From Candidatus Doudnabacteria bacterium (lineage in GTDB: Bacteria > Patescibacteriota > Doudnabacteria > UBA920 > O2-02-FULL-48-8): 64,000 nucleotides of DNA. Below the pieces are notes generated by a model. It made no database searches. It was not told the DNA's origin and saw nothing but the letters and a program-made list of their open reading frames with translations. The position numbers were made by a program, and so were the translations under genes. Positions within the stretch are counted from its first letter, which is position 1. Every line of letters begins with the position of its first letter. The DNA lies in contig JBBCGO010000001.1 in NCBI GenBank assembly GCA_037200925.1, forward strand, positions 179,822-243,821, given 5' to 3'. Positions 20,860 to 29,700 of the stretch are shown here, piece after piece.

Positions 20860-21972
20860 CTAATCAATTTGTGAATTTGAAAAACGTGAAATATTCAGCA
20901 GGATCCCCATTGAGGCCAAACTGATCAGCAGCGAGGTTGAACCGTATGAGATAAATGTCAGGGGGATGCCGGTCAAAGGGATCAAACCGGTAATGCCTCC
21001 GACATTGATCAAAGCCTGCAAAATAAGCCAGCTGGTGATGCCCGCGGCCAAAAGCTTGCCGAATGTATCAGGCGCTGTGCGGGCGACTTTAAAACCCCGG
21101 TACCCCAAAAACAGAAACAGCAGCAGGATGACGCAAACCCGGATGAAGCCCAATTCTTCGGCCATGATGGCAAAGATGGAATCGCCTATCGGCTCCGGCA
21201 AATAACCGTATTTCTGCCGTGACTGGCCAAATCCCAGCCCCCACCACCCGCCTGAACCTATTGCCAGTTTGGCCTGCTGGATTTGATAAGAAATACCCTG
21301 AGTATCCGCGGTCGGGTCCAAGAATGCCAAAAATCTTTTTGCCCGATAAGGGGCGGCCTTCACCAATATCCACAATACCAGCAATGCAGAAGCTGCCGTG
21401 GCAAAAATATACCGCAAGCGCACTCCTCCGATAAAAAACATCACCGCTGCGATAGACGCTAAGACCAGCATGGTGCCGATGTCAGGCTCCAAAATGATCA
21501 ATCCCGCCACCACTCCGACGATCGCCAGGCTGGGCAAAAATCCGTAATACAGATCCTGGGCGTGGTGCTGGCGCTTATCAAACCAGCTGGCCAGATATAT
21601 GATCATCGCCAGTTTTATAAATTCTGTGGGCTGAAAAAGAAATGAACCGAAGTTGATCCAGCGCCGAGCTCCACCGACTTTAAATCCGATACCCGGGATA
21701 AGCACGGCCACAAGCAGGCCGATTCCGGCCAAAATAAGGAACGGCGCGATCTTTTGCCAAAAATGATAATCCAGCCTGGCAAAGATGTACATAAAGATCA
21801 AACCGGGCACTGCGCCCAGCAAGACCTGGCGGATAAAATAATAGTAGTTGTTGTGAAAGCGCTGATAGGACAATACTGTGGAAGCGGAAGACAAGGTCAA
21901 AAGCCCGATGGTCAGCAGGATCAGCACCAGCCACATAATATACTTGTCAACTTTTGGCAATGTTTTCGTCAT
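20860..21972 (-). CDS. ftsW: SEDS-family peptidoglycan glycosyltransferase FtsW/RodA
   Basis: 370 aa, 10 TM; conserved GGARRWI and periplasmic loop motifs. Confidence 0.85.
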   Translation of the reverse strand: MTKTLPKVDKYIMWLVLILLTIGLLTLSSASTVLSYQRFHNNYYYFIRQVLLGAVPGLIFMYIFARLDYHFWQKIAPFLILAGIGLLVAVLIPGIGFKVGGARRWINFGSFLFQPTEFIKLAMIIYLASWFDKRQHHAQDLYYGFLPSLAIVGVVAGLIILEPDIGTMLVLASIAAVMFFIGGVRLRYIFATAASALLVLWILVKAAPYRAKRFLAFLDPTADTQGISYQIQQAKLAIGSGGWWGLGFGQSRQKYGYLPEPIGDSIFAIMAEELGFIRVCVILLLFLFLGYRGFKVARTAPDTFGKLLAAGITSWLILQALINVGGITGLIPLTGIPLTFISYGSTSLLISLASMGILLNISRFSNSQID

Positions 21973-23192
21973 TTGCTGATTTCTTTTACAAATTGCTCGG
22001 CGCGTTCAGTCTCATTCTTGAACATGTCAAAACTGGAAGTTGCAGGAGAAAACAAGATCGTATCCCCGCTCACTGCCAAGGATCTTGCCTGAGTTAGGAT
22101 TTCCTGCATATTTTTGGCTCCTGTCAGAATTTTGCCGACAAAGCCTTTCGCGGCATTTAAAATTTTATCAGTCACCGCGCCTATCACAACCAGACCTTTC
22201 AGATTTTTGGCAGACTTTATTTTTTCCCCCAAAGCGCCGAAGTCCAAGCCTTTATCAAACCCGCCGACGATCAATATCAAAGGGGCATTGATGGCATCGA
22301 TCGCGGCGATCGTCGGGTCAATATTCGTACTGTAGCCATCATCGATAAAACTCACTCCGTTTATTTCCTTTACTTTGTTCAGCCGGTGCGGCAATGGTTC
22401 GAATTCGGCAACGGCTCTTCGAATGATCGGTTCCTCAATTCCCAAAAGCTTGGCGCAAGCAGCCGCCGCAGAAATATTTTCCAAATTGTGAGGCCCCAAA
22501 AGTTTTGTCGGATAGTCTGCGACATCCTTGCCTTCAAAAAAAATCTTCCTGCTCCCGCCCAGATCCTTAAACCATTTCGGCAGATTTTCGTGGAGAATAG
22601 CGAAATCTTTCTCCGACTGGAAAGCTATAATTGATGATTTCGCCGTAATATATTCCTCAACCGACTGGTGGTGATTCAGATGATCGGAAGTGATATTTAG
22701 AACAATTGCGATATGCGGGCTAAGATGCAGGTCCTGAAGCTGAAAACTGGACAATTCCAGGACAACGTAATCATTGAACTTCACGGAATCCAGGAATTCA
22801 AACGGATCGCGGCCGATGTTGCCGCCCAGCCAGACTTTTTTGCCGGCTGTTTCCAAAATTTTGGCGATCAAACTGGACGTTGTTCCTTTACCTTTGGTTC
22901 CCGTAACACCGATGATGGTTGCCGGACAAAGCTGGAAAAATAATTTGGTCTGGCTCGATATCTCAACGCCTTTTTTTTGGGCCTCCTGCACAGCATTTGA
23001 GAGCAAGGGAAGGCCGGGTGTGCGAAAAATCAAATTATAGTGGTCAAGCCGCCCTATAAGTTCATCCGGGTCCTTCCAGCCGTCGATCACGTCATAAGCT
23101 ACGTTGTTGATTGTCAGATATTCCGCCAATTTTTTATTGTTTACGCCCAAACCGACAACTGCTATTCTTTTGCCTTGCAAATTTTCCAGCAT
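21969..23192 (-). CDS. murD: UDP-N-acetylmuramoylalanine--D-glutamate ligase
   Basis: GVTGTKGKGTTSSL P-loop and Mur ligase central/C-terminal domains. Confidence 0.9.
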   Translation of the reverse strand: MLENLQGKRIAVVGLGVNNKKLAEYLTINNVAYDVIDGWKDPDELIGRLDHYNLIFRTPGLPLLSNAVQEAQKKGVEISSQTKLFFQLCPATIIGVTGTKGKGTTSSLIAKILETAGKKVWLGGNIGRDPFEFLDSVKFNDYVVLELSSFQLQDLHLSPHIAIVLNITSDHLNHHQSVEEYITAKSSIIAFQSEKDFAILHENLPKWFKDLGGSRKIFFEGKDVADYPTKLLGPHNLENISAAAACAKLLGIEEPIIRRAVAEFEPLPHRLNKVKEINGVSFIDDGYSTNIDPTIAAIDAINAPLILIVGGFDKGLDFGALGEKIKSAKNLKGLVVIGAVTDKILNAAKGFVGKILTGAKNMQEILTQARSLAVSGDTILFSPATSSFDMFKNETERAEQFVKEISK

Positions 23193-24748
23193 CAGCGTCT
23201 GATCACCGTTCCGGCTGTGCTTAAAATCTGTTTTGGGGTATAGCTTATCCGGCCGTTCACCACAACCATATCAATGCCTTCCGAGAACAGATCGGGATTG
23301 ACGTAATCAGCCTTGTCTGTGACCGTCTGCGGATCAAATACCACAATATCGGCAATGTTGCCTTTTGCGATCACTCCCCGATCAGCAATTCCGAGCAGGC
23401 TCGCGGGCTCGCTGGTCAATTTTTTGACCGCGCTTTCCCATTTCAGCAGTTTTTTCTCGCGGACCATTTTCAAAAACCTCGGCATGGTGCCGAAGCATCT
23501 GGGATGGAACAGCCCGGTTGATCTTTGGTTGATCCCGGCGCCGTCAGTGGCGATCATGGACAGAGGCGAGGCGCAAAACAGTTCAACCTGCTCCTGGGAC
23601 AAATTATGGTCAAAAATAGTGACCTGGGCCTTGGTTGCCGTGATAACGTTCAACAAAGCTTCTTCCGCTGAGACATTTTGATTCTGGGCGATAAGGCCAA
23701 GGGTTTTGCCCACAAAATTATTGTTGTTCCAAGCCTCAGCTACAATGATGTTCTTGAAATCCTGATCCTGGTCGCGCAGATAATCAGTAATTTTTCGCCG
23801 AGATATGGGGTCGATGGCCATTTTTAGGATCTGGTCTCTGCCACCTTCGTATGCCCATTTCGGCAAATAGGTATAAAGCACTGACCATGATGTGCTGTAC
23901 GGATAAACATCAAAGCTGATCTTCAGGCCTTTTTGATAAGCCGCCTCGAGCTTGCCTAACACGCTGTCAAACAGCGGCCAGTTCTTTTTGCCCCGGACTT
24001 TGATGTGCGAGATCTTGATCGGGATCTGATTCGCCGCGGCCAGCTCAATCACTTCATCAATGCTTTCAAGGATATGACTGGCTTCCGAGCGCAAGTGCAC
24101 GCTCAGATATTTGTTGGTTGGTTTTAAATTTCCCACGATTTCCTGAAGTTCTGCTATCGAAGAATTAACCTCGTGCGCGTAGATCAAACCCAAAGACAAG
24201 CCCAAAGCCCCGGCTGACAGCGCATCCTGCAAAGTTTTATCCATAATTTTAATTTCATCGCCGGTAAGCGATCGTACCTGATCGCCGGCGAGCCCCCGCC
24301 GCAGTGTTGCGTGCCCGACCAAGGTGCCTACATTCACGCCCAGCGGCATTGCGGACAGTATCTGCAAAAATTCAGGCATGGATGCCCAGTTCAGATTGAT
24401 GCCGGACAAATTATGCCATTTCTGAATGGTCTTGATCGATTCAGTATTCAGAAGCGGGGCCAATGATGCGCCGCAATTTCCGATGATGATCGAAGTTATC
24501 CCTTGCGACAGAAGGCTGGCCTGCTCCGGCTGGTCAAACAGGGTCCAGTAGGAATCCGAGTGGTTCTGGATATCAATGAAGCCCGGGGTCACGAATCTGT
24601 CCTGGGCATTGATCGTCTGCAGCGCTTTGCCGGATATATCCGCAGCCACCTCAACGATCTTTCCTTTTTCCACAGCCACATCCATTTTTTTCCCGGGCGC
24701 TCCTGTGCCGTCGATGACCGTGCCATTTTTGATGAGAATATCGTACAT
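23192..24748 (-). CDS. N-acyl-D-amino-acid deacylase (D-aminoacylase) family amidohydrolase
   Basis: 518 aa; IKNGTVIDGTG...DV.V..GKI..V...A...I.A..RFVTPGFIDIQNHSD metal-binding N-terminus and amidohydrolase-3 body. Translationally coupled to mraY and murD. Confidence 0.75.
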   Translation of the reverse strand: MYDILIKNGTVIDGTGAPGKKMDVAVEKGKIVEVAADISGKALQTINAQDRFVTPGFIDIQNHSDSYWTLFDQPEQASLLSQGITSIIIGNCGASLAPLLNTESIKTIQKWHNLSGINLNWASMPEFLQILSAMPLGVNVGTLVGHATLRRGLAGDQVRSLTGDEIKIMDKTLQDALSAGALGLSLGLIYAHEVNSSIAELQEIVGNLKPTNKYLSVHLRSEASHILESIDEVIELAAANQIPIKISHIKVRGKKNWPLFDSVLGKLEAAYQKGLKISFDVYPYSTSWSVLYTYLPKWAYEGGRDQILKMAIDPISRRKITDYLRDQDQDFKNIIVAEAWNNNNFVGKTLGLIAQNQNVSAEEALLNVITATKAQVTIFDHNLSQEQVELFCASPLSMIATDGAGINQRSTGLFHPRCFGTMPRFLKMVREKKLLKWESAVKKLTSEPASLLGIADRGVIAKGNIADIVVFDPQTVTDKADYVNPDLFSEGIDMVVVNGRISYTPKQILSTAGTVIRR

Positions 24749-24750
24749 GT

Positions 24751-25797
24751 TTATCTTCCGATTAAATTCACTGCAACTCCGATCAGCCCTCCGACTGCGG
24801 CAATCACCCAGAACCTCATAGTGACTTTTGTTTCGGGCCAGCCTTCGGCTTCAAAGTGATGATGCAGAGGAGAGGATAAAAATATTTTCTTGCCGGTCAG
24901 TTTGCGTGAAAGCACCTGCAACAGGGTTGAGCCTGATTCAAGCACCAAAACAATACCGATAATGGGCAAAACCGCCACGGAATTGGTCAGGAAAGCAATA
25001 ACGGCGAGCACAGTACCTAAAGACATGGCGCCTGTATCGCCCATGAAAAACCGCGCCGGAAAAATGTTAAACCAAAGGAATGCCAAAAGGCTTCCGGACA
25101 AAACCGCGGTCAGAGCGGCCAACTCGAACTTTCCCTGCATAAATGCGATCAAACCGTAGGATAAAAATGCTATAGCCAAAACTCCGCCGGCCAGGCCGTC
25201 CAAACCATCGGTTTGATTGACCGAAAAACTTGTGGCTACCACTATAAAAATAAATAAAGGCACATACCACCATCCGATCGTAAAATTGCCAAGGCCCGGA
25301 ATATGCAAAGAATCAAACTGCAATTTGTAATAAAACCAATAAGCCCCGATCACTGCCACGAGCGTGTACAATAAGATCCGATGCCTCATGCGCAGGCCTC
25401 CCCCTTTGCCTCCGCCGGTTCCCTTCACACCCAAATAGTCATCCAGCAAACCAAGCAAGGCGGCAGCGCCCAGTGCTCCCAAAGGCAAAAGAGTTTGCAT
25501 ACGCGTCAGAAAATTCAGCCGGTGGAAAAAACTGACGTGTGCAACGCGGTCCAGAAACCAAAAAACCGCAGCCATAGCAACAGTGGTAAGCCAGACCAGA
25601 ATACCGCCCATGGTCGGGGTCCCGGCTTTTTTCTCATGTAATTTGCTGTAAAAAGGCGTGTCGCCTTCAGCCCGGATCTTTTTACCGAATTTGTGTTCGT
25701 AGACAAAATTGGTAAAGATCGGGGTCAAACTCATCGCAACAATAAAGGAAATTGCAGCCAGGCTGAAGATCTTAATTACCGCCTCATTTATGGTCAT
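24751..25797 (-). CDS. mraY: Phospho-N-acetylmuramoyl-pentapeptide transferase
   Basis: 348 aa polytopic; TPTMGG, DD...D and HHH..EG motifs of MraY. Confidence 0.9.
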   Translation of the reverse strand: MTINEAVIKIFSLAAISFIVAMSLTPIFTNFVYEHKFGKKIRAEGDTPFYSKLHEKKAGTPTMGGILVWLTTVAMAAVFWFLDRVAHVSFFHRLNFLTRMQTLLPLGALGAAALLGLLDDYLGVKGTGGGKGGGLRMRHRILLYTLVAVIGAYWFYYKLQFDSLHIPGLGNFTIGWWYVPLFIFIVVATSFSVNQTDGLDGLAGGVLAIAFLSYGLIAFMQGKFELAALTAVLSGSLLAFLWFNIFPARFFMGDTGAMSLGTVLAVIAFLTNSVAVLPIIGIVLVLESGSTLLQVLSRKLTGKKIFLSSPLHHHFEAEGWPETKVTMRFWVIAAVGGLIGVAVNLIGR

Positions 25798-25862
25798 TTT
25801 GTGTTTCTAAATATCAAATTAGCTCATCAATTATACCACAAACTGTCAGTATTGACAAAATC

Positions 25863-25891
25863 ACAAAAAAGGAGTAAAATTATAAATTAGT
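25863..25891 (+). promoter_or_regulatory. Near-consensus sigma70 promoter (TTGACA-N17-TAAAAT) for the small GC-rich gene
   Basis: ttgacaaaatcacaaaaaaggagtaaaat. Followed by GGAGGAGGAGG and a GTG start at 25924. Confidence 0.6.
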
Positions 25892-25923
25892 ATCGTAGGC
25901 ATAGTTTCTGGAAGGAGGAGGAG

Positions 25924-26271
25924 GTGCGAAACCTTGTATTGGTTTCTCTGACAGTTCTGGTTGTGTCGTCGTTCTTCACGGCACTGTTTTCTCGCAAGAG
26001 GACAGAAGAAAGCAATTGGGCTTCGATCGTGTTCTGCGCCGACCTGTTCTTCGCCTTCGTTGGCATGATCATCGTTGGCTGGGCCAACGCTGCGGCGACA
26101 AACCAGTTCGCGAAGTACCAGGAAGGTTTCCCCGACGTGGACATGGGCGGCCTTCCAGTCGACGTCATCATCGGCAACATGCTGATCTTCTGTACTCCTC
26201 TGATCATATGGGGACTCGGCCGGCTCATAGGCGGCAGATTGAGACGCTCGCCGAGAACGATTACGATCTAG
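25924..26271 (+). CDS. Hypothetical small membrane protein (115 aa, ~3 TM), GC-rich
   Basis: GTG start with a strong Shine-Dalgarno site. GC ~55% with GC3-rich codons against the ~45% background. Own promoter and terminator. Confidence 0.55.
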   Translation: MRNLVLVSLTVLVVSSFFTALFSRKRTEESNWASIVFCADLFFAFVGMIIVGWANAAATNQFAKYQEGFPDVDMGGLPVDVIIGNMLIFCTPLIIWGLGRLIGGRLRRSPRTITI

Positions 26272-26312
26272 ACAAGCCTATCGACTGACCGCTCGGCCGC
26301 AACCTAGCACAA

Positions 26313-26348
26313 CCCGACGACATCTTGTCGCCGGGTTTTTCTTTTTGT
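26313..26348 (+). terminator. Rho-independent terminator
   Basis: cccgacgacatcttgtcgccggg hairpin followed by tttttctttttg. Confidence 0.6.
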
Positions 26349-26354
26349 TTCAAT

Positions 26355-27263
26355 TTACCACTTATAAACCGCAAACACCCAGTCCAAAAGCTTTTGAGTG
26401 TCTGCTTCCCGATTGTCGCTTCCCAGCACCACGGTCACGATCTGGTTGCCCCCGTGGTTATCCAGAATGATCAAGTTACCCATGGCTTTGGAAGTGAAGC
26501 CGGTCTTAATACCGGTTACTTCCGGGTCATCCAGCAAAAGTTTGTTCGTGGTCAAAAGCTGGTGCACGTATTTGCCGTCCAGGGAAGAAACCGAAGCCTG
26601 GCGCGTACCTACGATCTTGCGCAGTTCATCGTGCTTCAGAAATTCCTGCACGATCTTGATGAGGTCAAGCGAGTTGGAAAAATTCGCCTGGCTGTCGAAT
26701 GTATCCCAGCCCACGGGATTGGAAAAATGCGTATTCGCCAAATTCAGGTCTGTAGCTTCCTGATTCATCATTTCCGCAAATTTTTCGGGAGTGCCGGCCA
26801 CAAAATTGGCAAGCGCCAAAGCCGCGTCATTGCCGGAAGGGATAAGCATGGCGGCCAGCAGGTCGGAAACGGTGATCTTTTCGCCCTCAACCAGCCCCAC
26901 TGTGCTGCCGATCGGGGTTTCGTCGGCTTTTATTATCGTCACTACAGCATTGGGACCGACGTGATTGACCACGGTTAAGGCAGTCATCAGCTTGGTCAGG
27001 CTGGCTATGGGCAATTTTTCATCCAGATTATTGGAATAAAGAACAGTGCCCGAATCCAGATCATAAGCCAAAGCGGCACGGGCGGTCAGCTGCGGCTGGC
27101 TTAAATTGACTGCCATTTCCGGCGCAGTCTTTAAAGCATTATCGGCCGCTTGCGTGGAAATGCCGGCAACCACAGGTGTTTTTACTGCCTCTTTAGCAGG
27201 GTGAGGAAAAAATATCAAAGCCAGACTGATCCCCAGAGTTGTGTATAAAATTTTGTTTAACAC
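26355..27263 (-). CDS. D-alanyl-D-alanine carboxypeptidase (S11, PBP5/6-like)
   Basis: Signal/TM segment; SLTK (SxxK), SGN and KTG motifs in canonical order. Confidence 0.85.
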   Translation of the reverse strand: MLNKILYTTLGISLALIFFPHPAKEAVKTPVVAGISTQAADNALKTAPEMAVNLSQPQLTARAALAYDLDSGTVLYSNNLDEKLPIASLTKLMTALTVVNHVGPNAVVTIIKADETPIGSTVGLVEGEKITVSDLLAAMLIPSGNDAALALANFVAGTPEKFAEMMNQEATDLNLANTHFSNPVGWDTFDSQANFSNSLDLIKIVQEFLKHDELRKIVGTRQASVSSLDGKYVHQLLTTNKLLLDDPEVTGIKTGFTSKAMGNLIILDNHGGNQIVTVVLGSDNREADTQKLLDWVFAVYKW

Positions 27264-27373
27264 TTTGTTTCAGTTTTTAACTTCAACACCATTATTTTAG
27301 CATATTTTTGACAAAACATCCTTCAGAACTCTATAATACCCAGAGTTACTTAAGGCGGACGGAAAGGAAAAAC

Positions 27374-27700
27374 ATGGAAGTTACTCTAACAGACGCTAAC
27401 TTTGAAGCCGAAGTTTTGAAAGCGGACAAACCGGTACTTGTGGATTTTTGGGCGGAATGGTGCGGCCCCTGCAAAATGGTTTCCCCGGCAGTTTCGCAGA
27501 TAGCCGAAGAGATGAAAGATCACCTGAAAGTCGGCAAACTCAATGTGGATGAAAATCCCAAAACCACTCAAACATATCAGATATTCAGCATTCCGGCCCT
27601 GAAAGTTTATAAAAACGGGAAAATTCTGGGCGAAATGGTGGGCGCAATGCCCAAAGCCGTGATTGAAATGAAATTGAAGGCCATACTTGGGATAAGTTAA
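27374..27700 (+). CDS. trxA: Thioredoxin
   Basis: WCGPC active site; 108 aa from MEVTL. Confidence 0.95.
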   Translation: MEVTLTDANFEAEVLKADKPVLVDFWAEWCGPCKMVSPAVSQIAEEMKDHLKVGKLNVDENPKTTQTYQIFSIPALKVYKNGKILGEMVGAMPKAVIEMKLKAILGIS

Positions 27701-27721
27701 AGGCAAAAGATCAAAAAATAA

Positions 27722-27805
27722 ATCGCATTTGCGAGGAGTGAAACGACGAAGCAATCTGACCTTGGAATAGACTGCTTCGCTTCGCTCGCAGATGCGATTA
27801 TTTTA
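27722..27805. terminator. Long bidirectional stem-loop terminator between convergent trxA and the DUF458-like gene
   Basis: atcgcatttgcgag...ctcgcagatgcgat 14-bp arms with an inner gaagca/tgcttc hairpin; T-runs flank it on both strands. Confidence 0.5.
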
Positions 27806-27819
27806 TTTATTTTTACTTT

Positions 27820-28344
27820 CTATGTATGTCTATCAGCAACCGACGAGGCCCCGTAAGAATCCGGTTTGGTCTTGACCGCAAACCCGTTGCCTTTTATCAT
27901 GCCGACTATTTCGTGCATCATTTTCTTGGTCGCTCCGTTTGGTCCCACATCCACATGAATGGTCAGGTGAAAATCCGTTACATTCAAAATTTTAAGGCGC
28001 TCGATCAATTGTTCCGCCAGTTTTAAAGAATGGGTTGCTTCCTGAAATATCCGCTGGCGCAATGTGTGCAGTTTAGTTTCGTGCCTTTTTGACCAAAAAT
28101 AAATTCCGCCGCGGTTTTTGCGGTGGACTACTATAGCAGACACAAATTCCGCTTCCTCGCCTGCGGGCATGGAGTCAGTGCCGATTATAAGTTCGTATTC
28201 CAAAGCAGGTTCGTTCCCGATATATTCCAAAAGTTTTTCCAAAACTTTATCAAAATCCAACTGGCCGTGGGTCGGGCTTTTGAAGTCATTAAAAAAGAGA
28301 GTTTCCTCCCTTACTTCCACAGGCTTCATTTTAAGCATATTCAT
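27820..28344 (-). CDS. RNase H-fold protein, DUF458 (YkuK-like) family candidate
   Basis: LIIGTDS...AIVVHRKNRGGIYF...HLTIHVDVGPNGATK pattern recalled from DUF458; not verified. Confidence 0.4.
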   Translation of the reverse strand: MNMLKMKPVEVREETLFFNDFKSPTHGQLDFDKVLEKLLEYIGNEPALEYELIIGTDSMPAGEEAEFVSAIVVHRKNRGGIYFWSKRHETKLHTLRQRIFQEATHSLKLAEQLIERLKILNVTDFHLTIHVDVGPNGATKKMMHEIVGMIKGNGFAVKTKPDSYGASSVADRHT

Positions 28345-28415
28345 ATATTATTACTTTTCGGATTTTTTGGCAAAAAAAATGACCACTTTTCTGGCCGAAA
28401 AATGGTCAAACACGG

Positions 28416-28835
28416 TTAAGCCTCCTGACGCTCTTGCTTCCCGGCAGTCTCCCGCTCTTCTTCGCAGTCCACACATCGAACGGCGAATGGTAATGCACGA
28501 AGACGCTTCTCCTCGATTTCTTCTCCGCACTCCAGACAGTAACCGTAAGCATCTTTCTCGAGCCTGGCAATCGCTTCATCGATCTTGGCCAGCGTTTCCG
28601 TTTTCTGCTGAACAAGCGCGAACTCGAGCTCTTCGGCCATGTTATCTGACGCTGCGTCGAAGTTATCGGCGGACTTTGCGCCGCCTTGTTCTATTCGGCC
28701 GCGCCGCTGTGCTCCGACTATCAGTTGCAGCTCGTCACGGCGGCCGGTGAGGATCTTCCGAAGTTCTTCTTGTCGAGTCGAAAGTCCCTTTGGTTGAGTC
28801 CGCGGTATTTCCTTTGCCTTAGGATGCTTTGCCAT
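28416..28835 (-). CDS. DksA/TraR-family C4 zinc-finger protein
   Basis: Coiled-coil region then CLECGEEI...CVDCEE four-Cys finger. GC ~54%. SD GAGGTGAT. Confidence 0.75.
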   Translation of the reverse strand: MAKHPKAKEIPRTQPKGLSTRQEELRKILTGRRDELQLIVGAQRRGRIEQGGAKSADNFDAASDNMAEELEFALVQQKTETLAKIDEAIARLEKDAYGYCLECGEEIEEKRLRALPFAVRCVDCEEERETAGKQERQEA

Positions 28836-28841
28836 ATCACC

Positions 28842-29264
28842 TCATTCCGGTCTTGGCCTGAACAACGGCAGATCGCGTGAGACATAGCCTTCGTGCAACT
28901 GCCGGGCCAGTCTCTGGGCCAGCTTCTTTTGCTCCAGCAGATGACAGGCACCGCATCGTTTGAGCAAAGGCTGCACGGCCAGGTCTTCCAGACGCAGTTC
29001 TAACAGATGGCATTTTTTGCACTTGCCGTACTTACCGGTCTGCAGGTCGCCCTGCGCTTTTACCAGCTCTGCCAGCTTGCCGGCAAGTGCGGTGAGTAAG
29101 GCCCGGCGCCCCTCCGGTTTTGAAGCGTAAGGGTTTTGACCCTGCTCAATCAGCCAAATTTCCCGTTCGGTATCTGCAACGGCCTGGTGGAGTATTATGC
29201 ACAAGGCCTTGAAACGGCGCTCCTCCATAGGCGGAGGAAACGCAAAACAACCTGCTATTTGCAT
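28842..29264 (-). CDS. Hypothetical zinc-ribbon protein with duplicated C-x2-C-H-L-L-E motifs
   Basis: Start reset to MQIAGCF at 29264, preceded by GGGAGGA; the ORF-track listing runs to 29321 from an upstream start. CKKCHLLE...CGACHLLE. GC-rich. 6 nt upstream of the dksA-like gene, so a likely operon. Confidence 0.5.
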   Translation of the reverse strand: MQIAGCFAFPPPMEERRFKALCIILHQAVADTEREIWLIEQGQNPYASKPEGRRALLTALAGKLAELVKAQGDLQTGKYGKCKKCHLLELRLEDLAVQPLLKRCGACHLLEQKKLAQRLARQLHEGYVSRDLPLFRPRPE

Positions 29265-29292
29265 GGTTTCCTCCCCTATGCTGTGAAAAGCC

Positions 29293-29321
29293 ATTATATA
29301 TATTAAAACCGAGCATTGCAA
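29293..29321 (-). promoter_or_regulatory. Near-consensus sigma70 promoter (TTGCAA-N17-TATAAT) for the zinc-ribbon / DksA-like pair
   Basis: Minus strand: ttgcaatgctcggttttaatatatataat, ~25 nt upstream of the SD/ATG. Confidence 0.55.
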
Positions 29322-29357
29322 GCATTCGGCAAAATCAAAAAAGACCTTTGATAGTCG

Positions 29358-29663
29358 CTACTTTATTTCACTCAGTTGCTTTCTTAGGCTAGCCAAAGTT
29401 TCATCAATTTTTTCAATCTCTTTTTTAGTTTCTGCCTGCTTGCCGGTAGTGTCGTTCCGGATATTTTCCAGATATTGCGGGCTCAACTGCTCAAAGTTAT
29501 CGCCGATATTGCTTTGTTTTTCGTTCTCTATATACTCCAGCAGACGTTCTTTTTCGGCTTTATTGTTTACGTTAGCTTCAATTGCATTTTCTAGATCCTT
29601 TTTTTCTTTTTCTCTGGAAGAGATGTCCTCCGGATTATTTTGTCCTTCATTAAATTCTGGCAT
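29358..29663 (-). CDS. Hypothetical coiled-coil protein (101 aa)
   Basis: Highly charged E/K-rich helical sequence; no family recognised. Confidence 0.4.
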   Translation of the reverse strand: MPEFNEGQNNPEDISSREKEKKDLENAIEANVNNKAEKERLLEYIENEKQSNIGDNFEQLSPQYLENIRNDTTGKQAETKKEIEKIDETLASLRKQLSEIK

Positions 29664-29700
29664 TTTTGTAGGTTAATATTAAATAAACTATAAATTACTT

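Noticed and set aside
26016-26288. Arg/His-rich 90-aa ORF
   Set aside because: Alternative frame of the GC-rich small membrane gene. Extreme Arg content is typical of an off-frame GC-rich reading.
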